Positions 17,958 to 28,705 of a stretch of 44,631 bases of DNA are shown piece after piece. Source of the DNA: Actinomycetota bacterium (GTDB lineage: Bacteria > Actinomycetota > Acidimicrobiia > Acidimicrobiales > CADCSY01); assembly GCA_019348555.1 (NCBI GenBank), contig JAHWJH010000003.1, positions 1 to 44,631 on the forward strand, given 5' to 3'. How positions within the stretch are numbered: position 1 is the stretch's first letter; each line of letters begins with the position of its first letter. The notes under the pieces were generated by a model. It made no database searches, was not told where the DNA came from, and worked only from the letters and a program-made list of their open reading frames with translations. The position numbers were made by a program, and so were the translations under genes.

Positions 17958-18825
17958 GCTGCTGCCCCGCTGCACGTTTCCCGCCGCCGGGACCAGCGTG
18001 GTCGCCGGGGTCTCGGGCGGGGCCGACTCCAGCGCCCTGCTGGTCCTCGCCGTCGAGTCCGGCTGCGACGTGACCGCCGTGCACGTCGACCACGGCCTGC
18101 GGCCGGGCTCGTCGGGCGAGGCCGACGTGGTGGCCGAGCTGGCGGCGACGCTCGGCGCCCGCTTCATCGCCCGGCACGCTCGTGTCGAGCACGGGCCCAA
18201 CCTCGAGGCACGGGCTCGCGAGGCTCGCTTGGCGGCGCTGCCGCCGGGGACCATGACCGGCCACACCGCCGACGACCAGGCCGAGACCGTCCTGCTCAAC
18301 CTCGTCCGGGGGGCGGGCCTCGACGGGCTGGCGGGGATGCGCCGGGGGCCGACCAAGCCGCTGCTGGGCCTTCGGCGTCGCGAGACGATGGCACTGTGCG
18401 CGTCGCTCGGGATCCGGCCACTCGTCGACCCCACCAACGTCGACCTCGCCCACCGCCGGAACCGCGTGCGCCACGAGGTGCTGCCGCTGCTGGAGCGGCT
18501 CGCCGAGCGCGATGTCGCCGCCGTGGTGGCCCGCAACGCGGCCCTGGTCGGCGACGATGCCCGTCTCCTCGACCATCTGGCCGCCAGCCTCGAGCCCACC
18601 GATGCCCGAGCGCTCGTCGTGGCCCCCCGGCCACTGGCCCGCCGGGCGTTGCGGCGGTGGCTGACCGACCAGGGCGGCGGGCACCCACCGCCGGCGGCCA
18701 CGGTCGAGCGCGTCCTGGAGGTGGCGGGAGGCCGGTGGCGGGCCACCGAGATCGGCGGAGGCCGACGGGTGGTGAGGCGCCAAGGTCGCCTCCGTGTGGA
18801 GCCGGGGTCGCCCGGCGAGCGATAG
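17944..18825 (+). CDS. tilS: tRNA(Ile)-lysidine synthetase (start uncertain)
   Basis: SGGADS, HVDHGLR, NLEARAR, TGHTADDQAETVLLNLVRG, DPTN, RNRVRH. Start placed at a CTG 5 nt after GGAGG (see findings). Confidence 0.9.
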   Translation: MRPAELLPRCTFPAAGTSVVAGVSGGADSSALLVLAVESGCDVTAVHVDHGLRPGSSGEADVVAELAATLGARFIARHARVEHGPNLEARAREARLAALPPGTMTGHTADDQAETVLLNLVRGAGLDGLAGMRRGPTKPLLGLRRRETMALCASLGIRPLVDPTNVDLAHRRNRVRHEVLPLLERLAERDVAAVVARNAALVGDDARLLDHLAASLEPTDARALVVAPRPLARRALRRWLTDQGGGHPPPAATVERVLEVAGGRWRATEIGGGRRVVRRQGRLRVEPGSPGER

Positions 18826-18867
18826 TTGGGTGGCCATGGCCTCCACCGTGCGAACGAGCCACCGGGC

Positions 18868-19464
18868 ATGACGTCGCTGCCACCTCCCTACGACGCCGAC
18901 CCGGCCCTGGGGCCGCTCGTCGTCAGCCAGGAGGAGCTCGAGCTGCGCATCGTCGAGCTCGGCCGTCAGATCACCGCCGACTATGCCGGTCGACCGCCCC
19001 TGCTGGTCGGCGTGCTGAAGGGCGCCTTCGTGTTCATGTCGGACCTCTCCCGCGCCATCGACCTGCCGGTGGAGTTCGACTTCATGGCCGTGGCCTCCTA
19101 CGGCAGCGCCACCCGTACCAGCGGCGTGGTGCGCATCGTCAAGGACCTCGAGCTCGATCTGGCCGACCGCCACGTGTTGCTGGTGGAGGACATCGTCGAC
19201 AGTGGCCTCACGCTGTCGTACCTGCGTCGCACCCTGCTGGCCCGCAACCCCGCCAGCCTCGCCGTGTGCGCCCTGTTGGTGCGTGAGGGCAGCGACGACG
19301 AGCTCGACCTGGCCTACGTCGGCTTCGACATCTCCACCCAGTTCGTCGTGGGCTACGGGCTCGACGTCGACGAGCGCTACCGCAACCTGCCGTTCGTGTG
19401 CGCCTACGCCGGCGAGGCCGATGCCGCGCCTTCCGGTGTCGTGGGCAGGGGTGCCAGGCCGTAG
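18868..19464 (+). CDS. hpt: Hypoxanthine phosphoribosyltransferase
   Basis: [43 protein letters not shown]. Confidence 0.95.
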   Translation: MTSLPPPYDADPALGPLVVSQEELELRIVELGRQITADYAGRPPLLVGVLKGAFVFMSDLSRAIDLPVEFDFMAVASYGSATRTSGVVRIVKDLELDLADRHVLLVEDIVDSGLTLSYLRRTLLARNPASLAVCALLVREGSDDELDLAYVGFDISTQFVVGYGLDVDERYRNLPFVCAYAGEADAAPSGVVGRGARP

Positions 19465-19497
19465 TCTGGGGCCTTCCCTCGGCTCATGGAGTTCACC

Positions 19498-21402
<1,905 letters not shown>

Positions 21403-21408
21403 GCATCG

Positions 21409-21993
21409 GTGAAACCTGAGCCGATCGACCGGGCTCGGATCGAGAAGGCGGTCGGTGAGATCCTGATCGCCATCGGCGAGGATCCGGGGCGGGACGGCCT
21501 CGAACGCACCCCGGGCCGGGTCGCCGAGCTCTACGCCGAGATCTTCTCCGGCATCGACGACGACCCCGGCGACCACCTGAGCGTCACCTTCGCCGCCGAC
21601 CACGACGAGATGGTGATGGTGCGCGACATCGCTCTGGTGTCGGTGTGCGAGCACCACCTCGCTCCCTTTCTCGGCACCGCCCACATCGCCTACATCCCGA
21701 GCGCCGACGGTCGCATCACCGGGTTGTCCAAGCTGGCCCGCCTCGTCGACGGCTACGCCCGCCGCCCTCAGGTGCAGGAGCGCCTCACCACCCAGGTGGC
21801 CGACACCCTCGAGCGGGTGCTGCGCCCGCGGGGTGTGCTCGTGGTGATCGAGGCCGAGCACCTGTGCATGTCGATGCGGGGGGTGCGCAAGCCGGGAGCG
21901 ACCACGGTCACGTCGGCGGTCCGGGGCTTGTTCCGCGACAACGCCGCCACCCGAGCCGAGGCCATGGCCTTCATCCACCGAGGAGGCCGCTAG
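21409..21993 (+). CDS. folE: GTP cyclohydrolase I
   Basis: [40 protein letters not shown]. Confidence 0.96.
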   Translation: MKPEPIDRARIEKAVGEILIAIGEDPGRDGLERTPGRVAELYAEIFSGIDDDPGDHLSVTFAADHDEMVMVRDIALVSVCEHHLAPFLGTAHIAYIPSADGRITGLSKLARLVDGYARRPQVQERLTTQVADTLERVLRPRGVLVVIEAEHLCMSMRGVRKPGATTVTSAVRGLFRDNAATRAEAMAFIHRGGR

Positions 21994-22028
21994 CCCGCCA
22001 ACCGGCAAGGGAGGGTTACCGTGGCCCG

Positions 22029-22817
22029 GTGGCGACTCGGGTGATGGGCGTGCTGAACGTGACCCCCGACTCGTTCTCCGACGGTGGCCGCTTCACCGAT
22101 CCGGAGCAGGCGGTGGCCCATGGCCTCGCCATGGTGGCCGAGGGCGCCGACATCATCGACGTGGGCGGTGAGTCGACCAGGCCCGGCGCCGAGCCCGTCG
22201 ACGAGGTGGAGGAGCGCCGGCGGGTGCTCGACGTCGTGGCCTCGCTCGCCGGTCGGGTGGCCGTCTCCATCGACACCCGCCACCGATCGGTGGCCGAAGC
22301 GGCCGTGGAGGCGGGCGCCACCATCGTCAACGACGTGTCGGCGTCGCTGTGGCCCGTGGCCGCCGCCTCGGGGGTGGGATGGGTGGCCATGCACATGCAG
22401 GGCGATCCCCGCACCATGCAGGTGGCGCCCCGCTACGACGACGTGGTCGACGACGTCGTGTCGTTCCTCCTCGACCGCGTCGACTTGGCGCGAGGGGCGG
22501 GGGTGGCGGAGGTGTGGATCGACCCCGGCATCGGCTTCGGCAAGACCGTGGAGCACAACCTGTCCCTGCTCGGCCGCCTCGCCGACCTGGTGGCCACGGG
22601 AGTGCCCGTGCTCGTCGGCGCCAGCCGCAAGGGATTTCTCGGCACCCTGCTCGGTGGCGCCCCTGCCGAGGACCGCCTGGAGGGATCGCTGGCGGTGGCC
22701 GTGTGGGCGGCCATGTGCGGCGTGGCCATGGTGCGGGTGCACGATGTCGCCGCCACCGTGCGGGCACTGCGCCTGGTGGGCGACGCCGCCTTCGTCCCGG
22801 CCACGGTCCGGGCGTGA
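22029..22817 (+). CDS. folP: Dihydropteroate synthase
   Basis: MGVLNVTPDSFSDGG, DVGGESTRPG, SIDT, NDVS, MHMQG, DPGIGFGK, SRK, RVHDV. TACCGT 6 nt upstream of the GTG. Confidence 0.96.
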   Translation: MATRVMGVLNVTPDSFSDGGRFTDPEQAVAHGLAMVAEGADIIDVGGESTRPGAEPVDEVEERRRVLDVVASLAGRVAVSIDTRHRSVAEAAVEAGATIVNDVSASLWPVAAASGVGWVAMHMQGDPRTMQVAPRYDDVVDDVVSFLLDRVDLARGAGVAEVWIDPGIGFGKTVEHNLSLLGRLADLVATGVPVLVGASRKGFLGTLLGGAPAEDRLEGSLAVAVWAAMCGVAMVRVHDVAATVRALRLVGDAAFVPATVRA

Positions 22818-23320
22818 AGGGCAAGTGGGCCGAGGGGATGCCCCCTCGCAACTTCTCCTGGGTGATCCGGGACCGGCTGGCAGTCTGCGAGCGGCCGGGC
22901 GGCTACGGGGCGAGCCACCGCAAGGTCCGCCGCCAGGAGGAGGTCGTCTGGGTCAAGGCCCAGGGCTTCACCCTGGTGGTCAGCGTGCTGGCGTCTCCCC
23001 ACAACCTCCACGTCTACGAAGCCGCCGGGCTCCCGTGCCGCCACGTCCCGCTCGGTTCGGGGGACGATCCCGCCGCGGTGCTGAGCTTGCTCTACGCCGA
23101 TCTCCAGGCCGTGCTGGCCGCGGGCGACCGGGTGCTGGTGCACGACGACGACGTGGGGGATCGGCTGCAGGGGGTGATGGCCGGGTACCTGCTCCACACC
23201 GGGATGGTGCCGCACGAGCCTCGGGCGATCGCCGCCGTCGAACACCTCCTCCACCGCCAGCTGGGCCCCGCCGGCCGCCGGTTGGTCACCGTCGCCGGCG
23301 GCCTCGCCCCTCAGCCGTGA
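22814..23320 (+). CDS. Hypothetical protein with a dual-specificity/tyrosine-phosphatase-like fold; catalytic Cys replaced by Asp
   Basis: NFSWVI..RLAVCERP, GF..VVSVL, G...RHVP, VLVH-D-DDVGD-R, AGYLL follow the DSP pattern (FSW, VVSL, VLVHCxxGxGR, AAYL). GTGA overlaps with both folP and folB. Confidence 0.65.
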   Translation: MKGKWAEGMPPRNFSWVIRDRLAVCERPGGYGASHRKVRRQEEVVWVKAQGFTLVVSVLASPHNLHVYEAAGLPCRHVPLGSGDDPAAVLSLLYADLQAVLAAGDRVLVHDDDVGDRLQGVMAGYLLHTGMVPHEPRAIAAVEHLLHRQLGPAGRRLVTVAGGLAPQP

Positions 23321-23685
23321 GCACCGACCGCCTGGAGCTGCGCGGCCTGCGGGTGCTGGCCCGCTGCGGGGTCGGCGACGCCGAGCGTGAGGTGGCCCAG
23401 CCCCTCGAGATCGACCTCGACGTGGTCGTCGACCTCGGCCTCGCCGGCACCACCGACGACGTCGGCGACACCGTCGACTACGGCGGCCTGTGCACGGCAG
23501 CGGTGGCGGCGACGACCGAACCGGCGGCGCTGCTCGAGCACGTCGCGGAGCGCGTCGCCGATGCCGTGCTGGCCGGCGACGCCCGCATCGCCGCCACCGT
23601 GGTCGCCGTGCGCAAGCTCCGACCCCCGGTGCCGCACCACCTCGCCACCGCCGGCGTGCGCATCAGCCGTGCCCGCTCCTCGTAG
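23317..23685 (+). CDS. folB: Dihydroneopterin aldolase
   Basis: DRLELRGL...GV..AER...Q, DDVGDTVDYG, LLEHVAE, VRKLRPP. Confidence 0.92.
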   Translation: MSTDRLELRGLRVLARCGVGDAEREVAQPLEIDLDVVVDLGLAGTTDDVGDTVDYGGLCTAAVAATTEPAALLEHVAERVADAVLAGDARIAATVVAVRKLRPPVPHHLATAGVRISRARSS

Positions 23686-24133
23686 AGCCTTCCTGGGCCT
23701 CGGCTCCAACCTCGGCGACCGGCGCCGCCATCTCGAGGCGGCCGTGTCGGGCATGCCCGACGTCGTGGCCGTCTCCCCGGTGTACGAGACCGCTCCGGTC
23801 GGCGGTCCCTCCGGCCAGGGCCCGTACCTCAACGCCGTGGTCGAGCTGGTCACCGAGCTCGGGCCCCATGAGCTGCTCGACGTGGCGAGATCGCTGGAGG
23901 CGCAGGCGCGCCGGAACCGCACCGAACGACACGGGCCCCGCACCCTCGATGTCGACGTCCTGCTCGTCGGCGACGAGACGGTCGACGAGCCCGACCTCGT
24001 GGTGCCGCACCCGGGGATGTGGCGACGGCGCTTCGTGCTGGCCCCTCTCGCCGACCTGGCGCCCGAGCTGGTGCCCGAGGCGACGTTGGCCGCCAGCGAA
24101 GGCGCCGTCCGCCGTACCGGCATCGTCCTCTGA
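23669..24133 (+). CDS. folK: 2-amino-4-hydroxy-6-hydroxymethyldihydropteridine diphosphokinase
   Basis: AFLGLGSNLGDR, SPVYETAP, YLNAV, GPRTLDVD, VPHP, RRFVLAPL. Confidence 0.95.
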   Translation: MPAPRRAFLGLGSNLGDRRRHLEAAVSGMPDVVAVSPVYETAPVGGPSGQGPYLNAVVELVTELGPHELLDVARSLEAQARRNRTERHGPRTLDVDVLLVGDETVDEPDLVVPHPGMWRRRFVLAPLADLAPELVPEATLAASEGAVRRTGIVL

Positions 24134-24162
24134 GCTCGGCGACCGGTGGGCGGTGCCCCGGC

Positions 24163-24879
24163 TCAGCAGCCCCGGTCCTCGACCTCGGTTGAGACCCGCC
24201 CGTCGGCGGTCACCTCCACCCTGACGCAGCGGGCCTGGAGGCGCACCGTCACCTCGTCGGATGCCGTGAAGCCCTCCGGCCCCAACGTCGCTTGGTCGTA
24301 GGGGCCGCCCGGCAGGCCGGGGTCCGCACCGGAGATGGACCGCACGTAGTCGGTCCGCAGGCTCTGGAGCGTCCGGTCCTCCAGCGCCGTGCGTATCTCC
24401 TGTTCGCGGGCAGCCGCCCGGCGATCTGCCTCGGCCGCTCCCCAGGCGTCGAACGCCCTGCTGGCCACCACGAGGAGCAGCACCAGCACCACGAGGAAGC
24501 GCCCACGCTGCTCTTTGGTCTCGAACCGGCGGCGACGCCGCCCTGGGTCGGGGGGTGGCTCCCCGGTGGGCGGCGCATCAGGGCGGGCCACCAGCAGCGC
24601 CCCCGCCCTGACCATGAGCGCCGCGAGGGCCACGATCAGCGGCGTTACCACCACCACGACCAGGAGCGACCCCAGCGAATCGCTTCCGGCTCGCACCAGT
24701 CCGACGAGGAACCCCGGGGCCGAAGCCAGGGCGGCGCTGCGCCACGGGTGAGCGGGCAGGACGGCACCGAGGCCGAGGAACACCATCACGTTCGCCACCA
24801 TGGTGGCGCCGCTGTCGAGCCACACGGCCGACACCCCTACCAGCAGCACGCCGGCGGCCACCGGGAGCAGGATCTCCAC
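24163..24879 (-). CDS. Hypothetical multi-TM membrane protein (start uncertain)
   Basis: About five hydrophobic segments, a PDPGRRRRRF linker and a soluble C-terminus with two Cys. No family recognised. Confidence 0.55.
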   Translation of the reverse strand: MEILLPVAAGVLLVGVSAVWLDSGATMVANVMVFLGLGAVLPAHPWRSAALASAPGFLVGLVRAGSDSLGSLLVVVVVTPLIVALAALMVRAGALLVARPDAPPTGEPPPDPGRRRRRFETKEQRGRFLVVLVLLLVVASRAFDAWGAAEADRRAAAREQEIRTALEDRTLQSLRTDYVRSISGADPGLPGGPYDQATLGPEGFTASDEVTVRLQARCVRVEVTADGRVSTEVEDRGC

Positions 24880-24981
24880 CGGCGAAGGTGGATGTGACGA
24901 TCCGGAGCCCTGTTCCCCACAAGGTGCTCCCACCGCTCCAGGGTGGCAGAGCCACCCCTCGGTCGCCGCCACCGCACCGGT

Positions 24982-25031
24982 TAGGCTCGGCATCGGCGAA
25001 CGGCACCTCCTAGGGCCGGAACGCGAAGGAG
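24982..25031 (+). promoter_or_regulatory. panC -10 element, 5' leader hairpin and Shine-Dalgarno
   Basis: TAGGCT at 24982-24987; hairpin GCG-AA-CGGC-A-CCT-(CCT)-AGG-GCCG-GAA-CGC directly followed by AAGGAG, then ATG at 25035. Confidence 0.5.
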
Positions 25032-25034
25032 ACG

Positions 25035-25892
25035 ATGGTGCAGGTGATCGAGCGGGTGGCGGAGCTGTCGTCGGTGCTCGGCGAGGAGCGTTCGGCCGGC
25101 GCTCGTGTCGGTCTGGTCCCCACCATGGGCGCACTCCACGCCGGCCATGCCAGCCTCGTCGAGCGGGCGGCGAGCGACTGCGACGTGGTCTGCGTGAGCG
25201 TCTTCGTCAACCCCCTGCAGTTCGGCTCCGCCGACGACGCCGCCGCCTACCCACGGGACCTCGCCGCCGACCTGGTGGTGGCCGAGAAGGCGGGCGCCAC
25301 CATGGTGTTCGCCCCGTCGGTGGCAGAGATGTACCCGCAGGAGCCGGTGGTCGGCGTGCGAGTCGACGGCCGCCTGGGAACCACCCTGGAGGGCGCGAGC
25401 CGGCCGGGGCACTTCGACGGCGTCACGACGATCGTGGCGAAGCTGTTCAACCTCGTTCGGCCCGACCGTGCCTTCTTCGGCGAGAAGGACTACCAGCAGC
25501 TCCTCGTCGTGCGCCGGCTCGTGGCCGACCTCTCCTTTCCGGTCGGCGTGGTGGGATGCCCGACGGTGCGCGCCCTCGACGGCGTGGCCGAATCCAGCAG
25601 GAACCACCTCCTGTCGAGGCAAGAGCGGGAGGCGGCGGTCGTGTTGAACCGGGCCCTGCGGGCCGGCGCTGCCCTTCTCCTGGCCGGAGGGTCGGTGCCG
25701 AGGGATGCAGCCGAGTTGATGGCCGACATCATCGGGGCCGAGCCGCTGGTGGACCTCGACTACGCCGTCGTGGTGGACGCTGACACCCTGGCCGTGCCCG
25801 AGGGCGTGGAGGGTCATCTGCGCCTGCTGGTGGCAGCGCGGATCGGCACCACCCGCCTGATCGACAACCTCGGCCTGCGCGTCGCGGCGTGA
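25035..25892 (+). CDS. panC: Pantoate-beta-alanine ligase
   Basis: VPTMGALHAGH, SVFVNPLQF, YPR, RPGHFDGV, FGEKDYQQ, SSRN, RLIDN. Confidence 0.96.
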   Translation: MVQVIERVAELSSVLGEERSAGARVGLVPTMGALHAGHASLVERAASDCDVVCVSVFVNPLQFGSADDAAAYPRDLAADLVVAEKAGATMVFAPSVAEMYPQEPVVGVRVDGRLGTTLEGASRPGHFDGVTTIVAKLFNLVRPDRAFFGEKDYQQLLVVRRLVADLSFPVGVVGCPTVRALDGVAESSRNHLLSRQEREAAVVLNRALRAGAALLLAGGSVPRDAAELMADIIGAEPLVDLDYAVVVDADTLAVPEGVEGHLRLLVAARIGTTRLIDNLGLRVAA

Positions 25893-25899
25893 GGGCCCG

Positions 25900-26256
25900 A
25901 TGAGGCGGCGGATGATGAAGTCGAAGATCCACCGGGCCACGGTGACCGCCGCCGACGTCTCCTACGTGGGCTCCATCTCACTGGACCCGACGCTCATGGA
26001 GCTCGCCGACATCCGGGAGCATGAGCAGGTGCAGGTGCTCGACATCGACAACGGCGCCCGCCTGGAGACCTACGCCATCTCCGGAGGGCCGGGTGAGGTG
26101 ACGGTCAACGGCGCCGCCGCTCGACTGGTGCATCCCGGCGACCGGGTCATCGTGCTCACCTACGCCGACTACGACGAAGCCGAGCTCGGTGGGTGGAGCC
26201 CCGTGGTGGTGCACGTCGACGGCGCCAACCGCCTCCGAACCGAGATGGCGTCGTGA
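25900..26256 (+). CDS. panD: Aspartate 1-decarboxylase
   Basis: KSKIHRATVT, YVGS (Gly-Ser autocleavage site), NGARLETY, NGAAARLV. Confidence 0.96.
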   Translation: MRRRMMKSKIHRATVTAADVSYVGSISLDPTLMELADIREHEQVQVLDIDNGARLETYAISGGPGEVTVNGAAARLVHPGDRVIVLTYADYDEAELGGWSPVVVHVDGANRLRTEMAS

Positions 26257-27842
26257 GTGTGGACCCAGGAGGCGCCGAGCTCGATCTGCTGGTGCTCGGC
26301 AGCGGCGTGGCGGGGCTGTCGGCGGCCGTTCGGGCGGCCGCCAGTCCCGGCATGCGGGTGGGGGTGCTGACCAAGGCCGCCCTCGACCAGGCCGCCACCC
26401 GCTGGGCCCAGGGCGGCGTCGCCGCCGTGCTGTCGACCGACGAGGACTCGACCGATTCGCACCTGGCCGACACCCTCGCCGCTGGCGCCGGTCTGTGCGA
26501 CGTCGACGCCGTGCGGGTCATGGTCGACGAGGGGCCGGCCCGGGTGCACGAGCTCATCGCCCTCGGAGCGGTGTTCGACCGCGACCAGCGGGGCGCGCTC
26601 GAGCTGGCCCGCGAGGGCGGCCACTCCTGGCCGCGGGTCGTGCACGCCGGCGGGGCCGCCACCGGTGTCGAGGTCGAGCGGGCGCTGGTGGAGGCGGTGC
26701 ACGCCACCGCCGCCGCCGTGCTCGAGGGGTGGTTCGCCCTCGACCTGCTGGTGGAGGGCGGACACTGCGCTGGGGTGGTGGCGCTCGACAGGAACGGGCG
26801 ACGTCACGAGGTCCGATCGACGCACGTCCTGCTCGCCACCGGCGGGGGCGGGCAGCTCTACGCCGTCACCACCAACCCGGCCGAGTCGACCGGTGACGGG
26901 CTGGCCATGGCGTTGCGGGCCGGCGTGGCGACCGCCGACGTGGAGTTCGTGCAGTTCCACCCCACCGCCCTCCACCACCCGTCCGCCCCCCGTCCCCTGC
27001 TCTCCGAGGCGCTGCGGGGCCACGGTGCGGTGGTGCGAGACGCCAAGGGCGAGCGCTTCGTCGACGAGCTGGTGACGCGCGACCAGCTCAGCCGGGCCAT
27101 CACCAGCCGGATGATCGAGCAGGGCGTCGACCACCTGTGGCTGGACGCCACCGGGCTCGAACGCTTCGACCTGCGCTTTCCGACCATCGCCGCCAGTGTC
27201 CGGACCGCGGGCCTCGACCCGGGCACCGACTGGCTTCCCATCGCCCCCGCCGCCCACTACCTGTGCGGCGGAGTGCTGACCGATCTCGACGGAGCGACGA
27301 GCCTGCCCGGGCTGTGGGCATGCGGCGAGGTGGCCTGCACCGGTGTCCACGGGGCCAACCGCCTGGCCTCCAACTCGCTGCTGGAGGGCATGGTCTTCGC
27401 CCCCCGGGTGGTCGAGGCCATCGCCGCCGGTCGCAATGGACCCCAGGCGAGCGGCGCCATGCGGGCGGTCCTGGCCGGCGAGGACGCCGGCGACGCGGTC
27501 GGCGGGCAGGTAGTTCACAGCGAGGCCTGGTTCGACCTGGCGCCGGCGCCTCGGCCGGCCGGCGAGCTGCGCGTCGAGCTGCAACAGTGCATGACCGCCG
27601 GCGCGGGCGTGGTCCGCACGGCCGGTTCCCTCCACGAGGCGCGCGAAGGGTTGCGCGGGGTACGGAGGGGTATCGCCGGAGGCGGTGGCCGGGCTGAGGC
27701 CGAGGTGCTCAATCTGTGGACGGTCGGTGACGCCGTCGTGACCGCCGCGCTGGCGCGCACGGAGAGCCGCGGCTGCCACTGGCGCGACGACCACCCGCAG
27801 ACCGACCCGGACCAACGGGTGCGACTGGTCCGGACCAGGTGA
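26253..27842 (+). CDS. nadB: L-aspartate oxidase
   Basis: GSGVAGL, WAQGGVAA, EGGHS, LATGG, TGDG, QFHPT, SEALRG, AHYLCGG, TGVHGANRLASNSLLEG. GTGA overlap with panD. Confidence 0.93.
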   Translation: MSVDPGGAELDLLVLGSGVAGLSAAVRAAASPGMRVGVLTKAALDQAATRWAQGGVAAVLSTDEDSTDSHLADTLAAGAGLCDVDAVRVMVDEGPARVHELIALGAVFDRDQRGALELAREGGHSWPRVVHAGGAATGVEVERALVEAVHATAAAVLEGWFALDLLVEGGHCAGVVALDRNGRRHEVRSTHVLLATGGGGQLYAVTTNPAESTGDGLAMALRAGVATADVEFVQFHPTALHHPSAPRPLLSEALRGHGAVVRDAKGERFVDELVTRDQLSRAITSRMIEQGVDHLWLDATGLERFDLRFPTIAASVRTAGLDPGTDWLPIAPAAHYLCGGVLTDLDGATSLPGLWACGEVACTGVHGANRLASNSLLEGMVFAPRVVEAIAAGRNGPQASGAMRAVLAGEDAGDAVGGQVVHSEAWFDLAPAPRPAGELRVELQQCMTAGAGVVRTAGSLHEAREGLRGVRRGIAGGGGRAEAEVLNLWTVGDAVVTAALARTESRGCHWRDDHPQTDPDQRVRLVRTR

Positions 27843-28705
27843 GCGCGGTCCACCCGCCGATCACGGCGGTGCGGGCTGCCGTGCAGCGGGCGCTCGCCGA
27901 GGACCTCGAGCCGTTGGGCGACCTCACCGCCGGGCTTCTGGCCGCCGGGGCACAGGCCCGTGGGGCCATCGTCGCCCGCGCCGGCGGGGTGGTGGCCGGG
28001 CGGCACTGCGCCGTCGGGTCCTTCGCCGGCGTCGATCCGGCCGTGGAGGTCGAGTGGCTAACCGACGACGGCAGCAGGGTCGGCCCGGGCGATGTCGTCG
28101 CCACGGTGAGGGGACCGGCGGCGTCGATCCTCACCGCCGAGCGCACGGCGCTGAACTTCCTGTGCCACCTGTCGGGCATCGCCACCTTGACCCGACGCTT
28201 CGTCGACGCCGCCGCTGCCGGTGGCCCGGCCCGGATCTGGGACACCCGCAAGACGACCCCCGGACTGCGAGCGCTGGAGAAGGCGGCGGTGCGTGCCGGT
28301 GGTGGTGCCAACCACCGGGGCAACCTCAGCGACTGGGTGCTGCTGAAGGACAATCACCTGACCGGCCTCGGCATCACCGAGGCGGTGGCCGAGGTCCGAC
28401 GGCGCTGGCCCGGCCGGACCGTGGAGGTGGAGGCCGACCGGCTCTACCAGGTGGTGGAGGCCATCGCCGCCGGAGCCGACCTCGTCCTGCTCGACAACAT
28501 GACACCCGGCGAGGTGGCCCGCTGCGTCGCCGAGCGGGGCGAGGCCCGCCACCCGTTCCTGGAGGCCTCCGGCGGCGTCACCCTCGACACCGTCGGCGCC
28601 TACGCCGACACCGGCGTCGACCTCATCTCGGTGGGGGCGCTCACCCACTCCGCCCCCGCCCTCGACCTCGGCCTCGACCTCGACGTCGACCCCGACACCG
28701 TCTGA
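27839..28705 (+). CDS. nadC: Quinolinate phosphoribosyltransferase
   Basis: ERTALNFL, DTRKTTPG, NHR, LKDNH, EVE, LLDNM, EASGG, GALTHS. Confidence 0.95.
   Translation: MSAVHPPITAVRAAVQRALAEDLEPLGDLTAGLLAAGAQARGAIVARAGGVVAGRHCAVGSFAGVDPAVEVEWLTDDGSRVGPGDVVATVRGPAASILTAERTALNFLCHLSGIATLTRRFVDAAAAGGPARIWDTRKTTPGLRALEKAAVRAGGGANHRGNLSDWVLLKDNHLTGLGITEAVAEVRRRWPGRTVEVEADRLYQVVEAIAAGADLVLLDNMTPGEVARCVAERGEARHPFLEASGGVTLDTVGAYADTGVDLISVGALTHSAPALDLGLDLDVDPDTV

Noticed and set aside
24979-24987. GGTTAGGCT resembling half of an IdeR/DtxR box
   Set aside because: The second half-site is absent; it is explained as the panC -10 element.
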